Origin: Octopus sinensis
Taxonomy: Eukaryota
Assembly (NCBI RefSeq): GCF_006345805.1
Contig: NC_043008.1
Span: 55,304,001 to 55,368,000 of the forward strand
Reading direction: 5' to 3'
Length of the DNA stretch: 64,000 bases
Shown here: piece after piece, positions 62,073-64,000 of the stretch
Layout: every line of letters starts with the position of its first letter
Numbering within the stretch: position 1 is the stretch's first letter
The notes under the pieces: generated by a model
Told to the model about the DNA's origin: nothing
The model's input: the letters and a program-made list of their open reading frames with translations, nothing else
Databases searched by the model: none
Program-made: the position numbers and the translations under genes

Positions 62073-64000
62073 TCACTTGTATCGGAACTTTTTGAGACAG
62101 TTGTTTCCCAAATCAACCACATAGACATACTGTTCTTGAGTGGTGATCAGACCACTGGGTCGCATCAACTTGTCATCAAAACTGTCAATTGCAAACTGGA
62201 AATTTCCATTGGAACTGAAGATCTGCACAACACCTTTACCTCTGTCAGTTTTTGTAGCAAGGATTAGGCCATTTGGGTCGACAGTTATACCTTCATATTG
62301 TCCTTTGCCAGTGTTGTTCACCTGGCGCAGAAACTTGCCGTTTTTGTCGAAGATTTGTATCCGATGGTCTGAAACAAGGATCTGATCATTACAACCGACA
62401 CACACTGACGTTAATAACTTAAACTCTCCTTCTTTGCTTCCTTTTTTACCGAATTGTTGAAGGAGATTGCCTTCAGCGTCAAATATCAACACTTTGGCTG
62501 CTCCCATATCACCAACGATAATGTCGCCTTTGCTATTTACAGCCACATCAATTGGTTCCTGGAAATGACTCGATGTAAATTTCGAGAGCAATTCTCCCTC
62601 GTTGCTTAATGTGTACACCATTTTAGTGCGCCAGTTTACAGTAATGAGGTTCCCAGTTGGGCTGACACACACTCCGATACCACTTTGTCTCTCAAGCGCC
62701 TCAGAGCTTATGTGACGTTCCAACACCCCATTGCTGTTTAAAACTTTGATGCGACTATTACCGGTATCTGAGATAAAAATGGAACCTTCTTTGTCTGTTA
62801 CTACACGCACCGGTTGTATGAAATTGTCTAGGCCCGTTCCCCGACTTCCGTATTTCCAAATTGGGTTGTTATGGTCACAGACATCTATTACATATGGACT
62901 GTCTTTGATGGGCCGATCAAAGATGCTGATACACAACTTCAGCTTACCAGCTTTGGGCGGCACAAAACTTATTTCATAGGTCCCGTCATCTTTGTCACGG
63001 ATTTTGGTGTCAATTAATTGACCAGAAGCTGAACGCAGTTCCGTAACAACTGGATCGCAGCCTGTAGTTCGGGGGTTACCATGGTAATCAACAGTAACAA
63101 CTGTGATGGTTGAGCGCAAATGGGTAATGGCTTTGTTAATTTTTGCAGTGGAGAGTGCAGGAAATGTGGTGCTTACTTTAATGCAACCAAAATTAGCAAG
63201 CGCATTCGATATGTCCTTGTATGCAGTGTTATGTTTGAATTCGCATTTAATGAAGTGGTTTTCACGTGGCTCCCCTAAGGTACTGGTAGCGTCGAGTTTC
63301 TCATTTAAATCTCCAATCTTTTTTGTGATGTTCCGAACTTCAACTTGGTACTGTAATCCATCACATTCATTCTGAACTTTCTCTTTCTCTGCCTGAATCA
63401 GATCTAATTGTTCCTTGAGATCTCCCTTTTTATGTTCTCGAATCTTGCGAACTTTTTGGAGAACTTCATGCCGTCTTTTGTCAATTAGATTAATAAGATC
63501 CTGGAAAGTACGATTAATAGTCTCTATGGCTCTTTCAACACTATTTTCAAGGCGGAGCATTTCACCAGATACATTATCATAAGCTGTTGTCAGGTTCCCA
63601 ATGCACAACTGGGCCTTGTACAAGAGAATCTCTGACATACGTTTTATTGCTATAGAAAAAGGTATCACCGTGTGTTCACTGGCCCCCTTGCCGTAATGCT
63701 CGCCTCCGGTGCATAGAGTGCAAAATACCGTATCACAGGTTTCACAAAATAACAACTCTTGGGAGGGATGATTGGAACATTTTGGGATGACATCTCGGCG
63801 CTGCTGAGACATTAGATCCAAAAGTTGGTTGACGATAAAACTGGGTGGAAAAGAAGTCACCCCACCTCGTGGGATGTTGATGGTTTCTCGGCAGATTGGA
63901 CAACGAAACGTTCCGGTGTCGTGGACTTGAGCTTCAACAATGCTCACCAAGCAACTCTTGCATACCGTGTGCGAGCAAGGCAGCAGCTTAGGAGAATGCT
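62073..64000 (-). CDS. TRIM-NHL protein (TRIM2/TRIM3-like RING-B-box-coiled coil-filamin-NHL E3 ligase), 5' end outside window
   Basis: Frame is open from the window edge (HSPKLLPCSHTVCKSCLVS...FRCPIC = C-terminal part of RING) to TGA at 62073-62075. It contains a B-box (CSNH...FCETCDTVFCTLC...H), a coiled coil, a filamin/Ig repeat (TVDYHGNPRTTG...DGTYEISFVPPKAG...PIKDSPY) and NHL repeats (FIQPVRV..DKEGSIFISDTGNSRIKV; FQEPIDVAVNSKGDIIVGD). No intron within the window. The TTG start in the ORF track is not the real start. Confidence 0.95.
   Translation of the reverse strand, partial: HSPKLLPCSHTVCKSCLVSIVEAQVHDTGTFRCPICRETINIPRGGVTSFPPSFIVNQLLDLMSQQRRDVIPKCSNHPSQELLFCETCDTVFCTLCTGGEHYGKGASEHTVIPFSIAIKRMSEILLYKAQLCIGNLTTAYDNVSGEMLRLENSVERAIETINRTFQDLINLIDKRRHEVLQKVRKIREHKKGDLKEQLDLIQAEKEKVQNECDGLQYQVEVRNITKKIGDLNEKLDATSTLGEPRENHFIKCEFKHNTAYKDISNALANFGCIKVSTTFPALSTAKINKAITHLRSTITVVTVDYHGNPRTTGCDPVVTELRSASGQLIDTKIRDKDDGTYEISFVPPKAGKLKLCISIFDRPIKDSPYVIDVCDHNNPIWKYGSRGTGLDNFIQPVRVVTDKEGSIFISDTGNSRIKVLNSNGVLERHISSEALERQSGIGVCVSPTGNLITVNWRTKMVYTLSNEGELLSKFTSSHFQEPIDVAVNSKGDIIVGDMGAAKVLIFDAEGNLLQQFGKKGSKEGEFKLLTSVCVGCNDQILVSDHRIQIFDKNGKFLRQVNNTGKGQYEGITVDPNGLILATKTDRGKGVVQIFSSNGNFQFAIDSFDDKLMRPSGLITTQEQYVYVVDLGNNCLKKFRYK

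Overview
AT-rich, microsatellite- and transposon-dense eukaryotic DNA. The SINE and RTE families look like those of Octopus (from recall, not a database search). There are two host genes, arranged convergently. (1) The last three coding exons of an unidentified + strand gene (9153-9473, 26538-26583, stop at 27939-27941) encode an acidic, Asn-rich C-terminus. (2) An intronless minus-strand TRIM-NHL gene (RING/B-box/coiled-coil/filamin/NHL, TRIM2/3-like) runs from beyond 64000 to a stop at 62073. Most of the rest is mobile DNA: tRNA-derived SINEs of several families, RTE LINEs and their truncated 3' ends, R4/Dong-type RLE LINEs sitting in (TAA)n, a mariner remnant, and hAT-, pogo-, piggyBac- and Merlin-like MITEs plus several foldback palindromes. 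The most interesting observations are: a Penelope-type minimal hammerhead-ribozyme fold at 37396-37433 inside a perfect 48-bp foldback, with a second degenerate one at 6754-6792; a complete strand switch of one SINE family at ~39.3 kb; and SINEs repeatedly inserting at the same motif in their own heads. Most short ORFs in the supplied track are microsatellite or antisense artefacts. There is no CRISPR array, rRNA or genuine tRNA gene. Repeat boundaries without TSDs are approximate.
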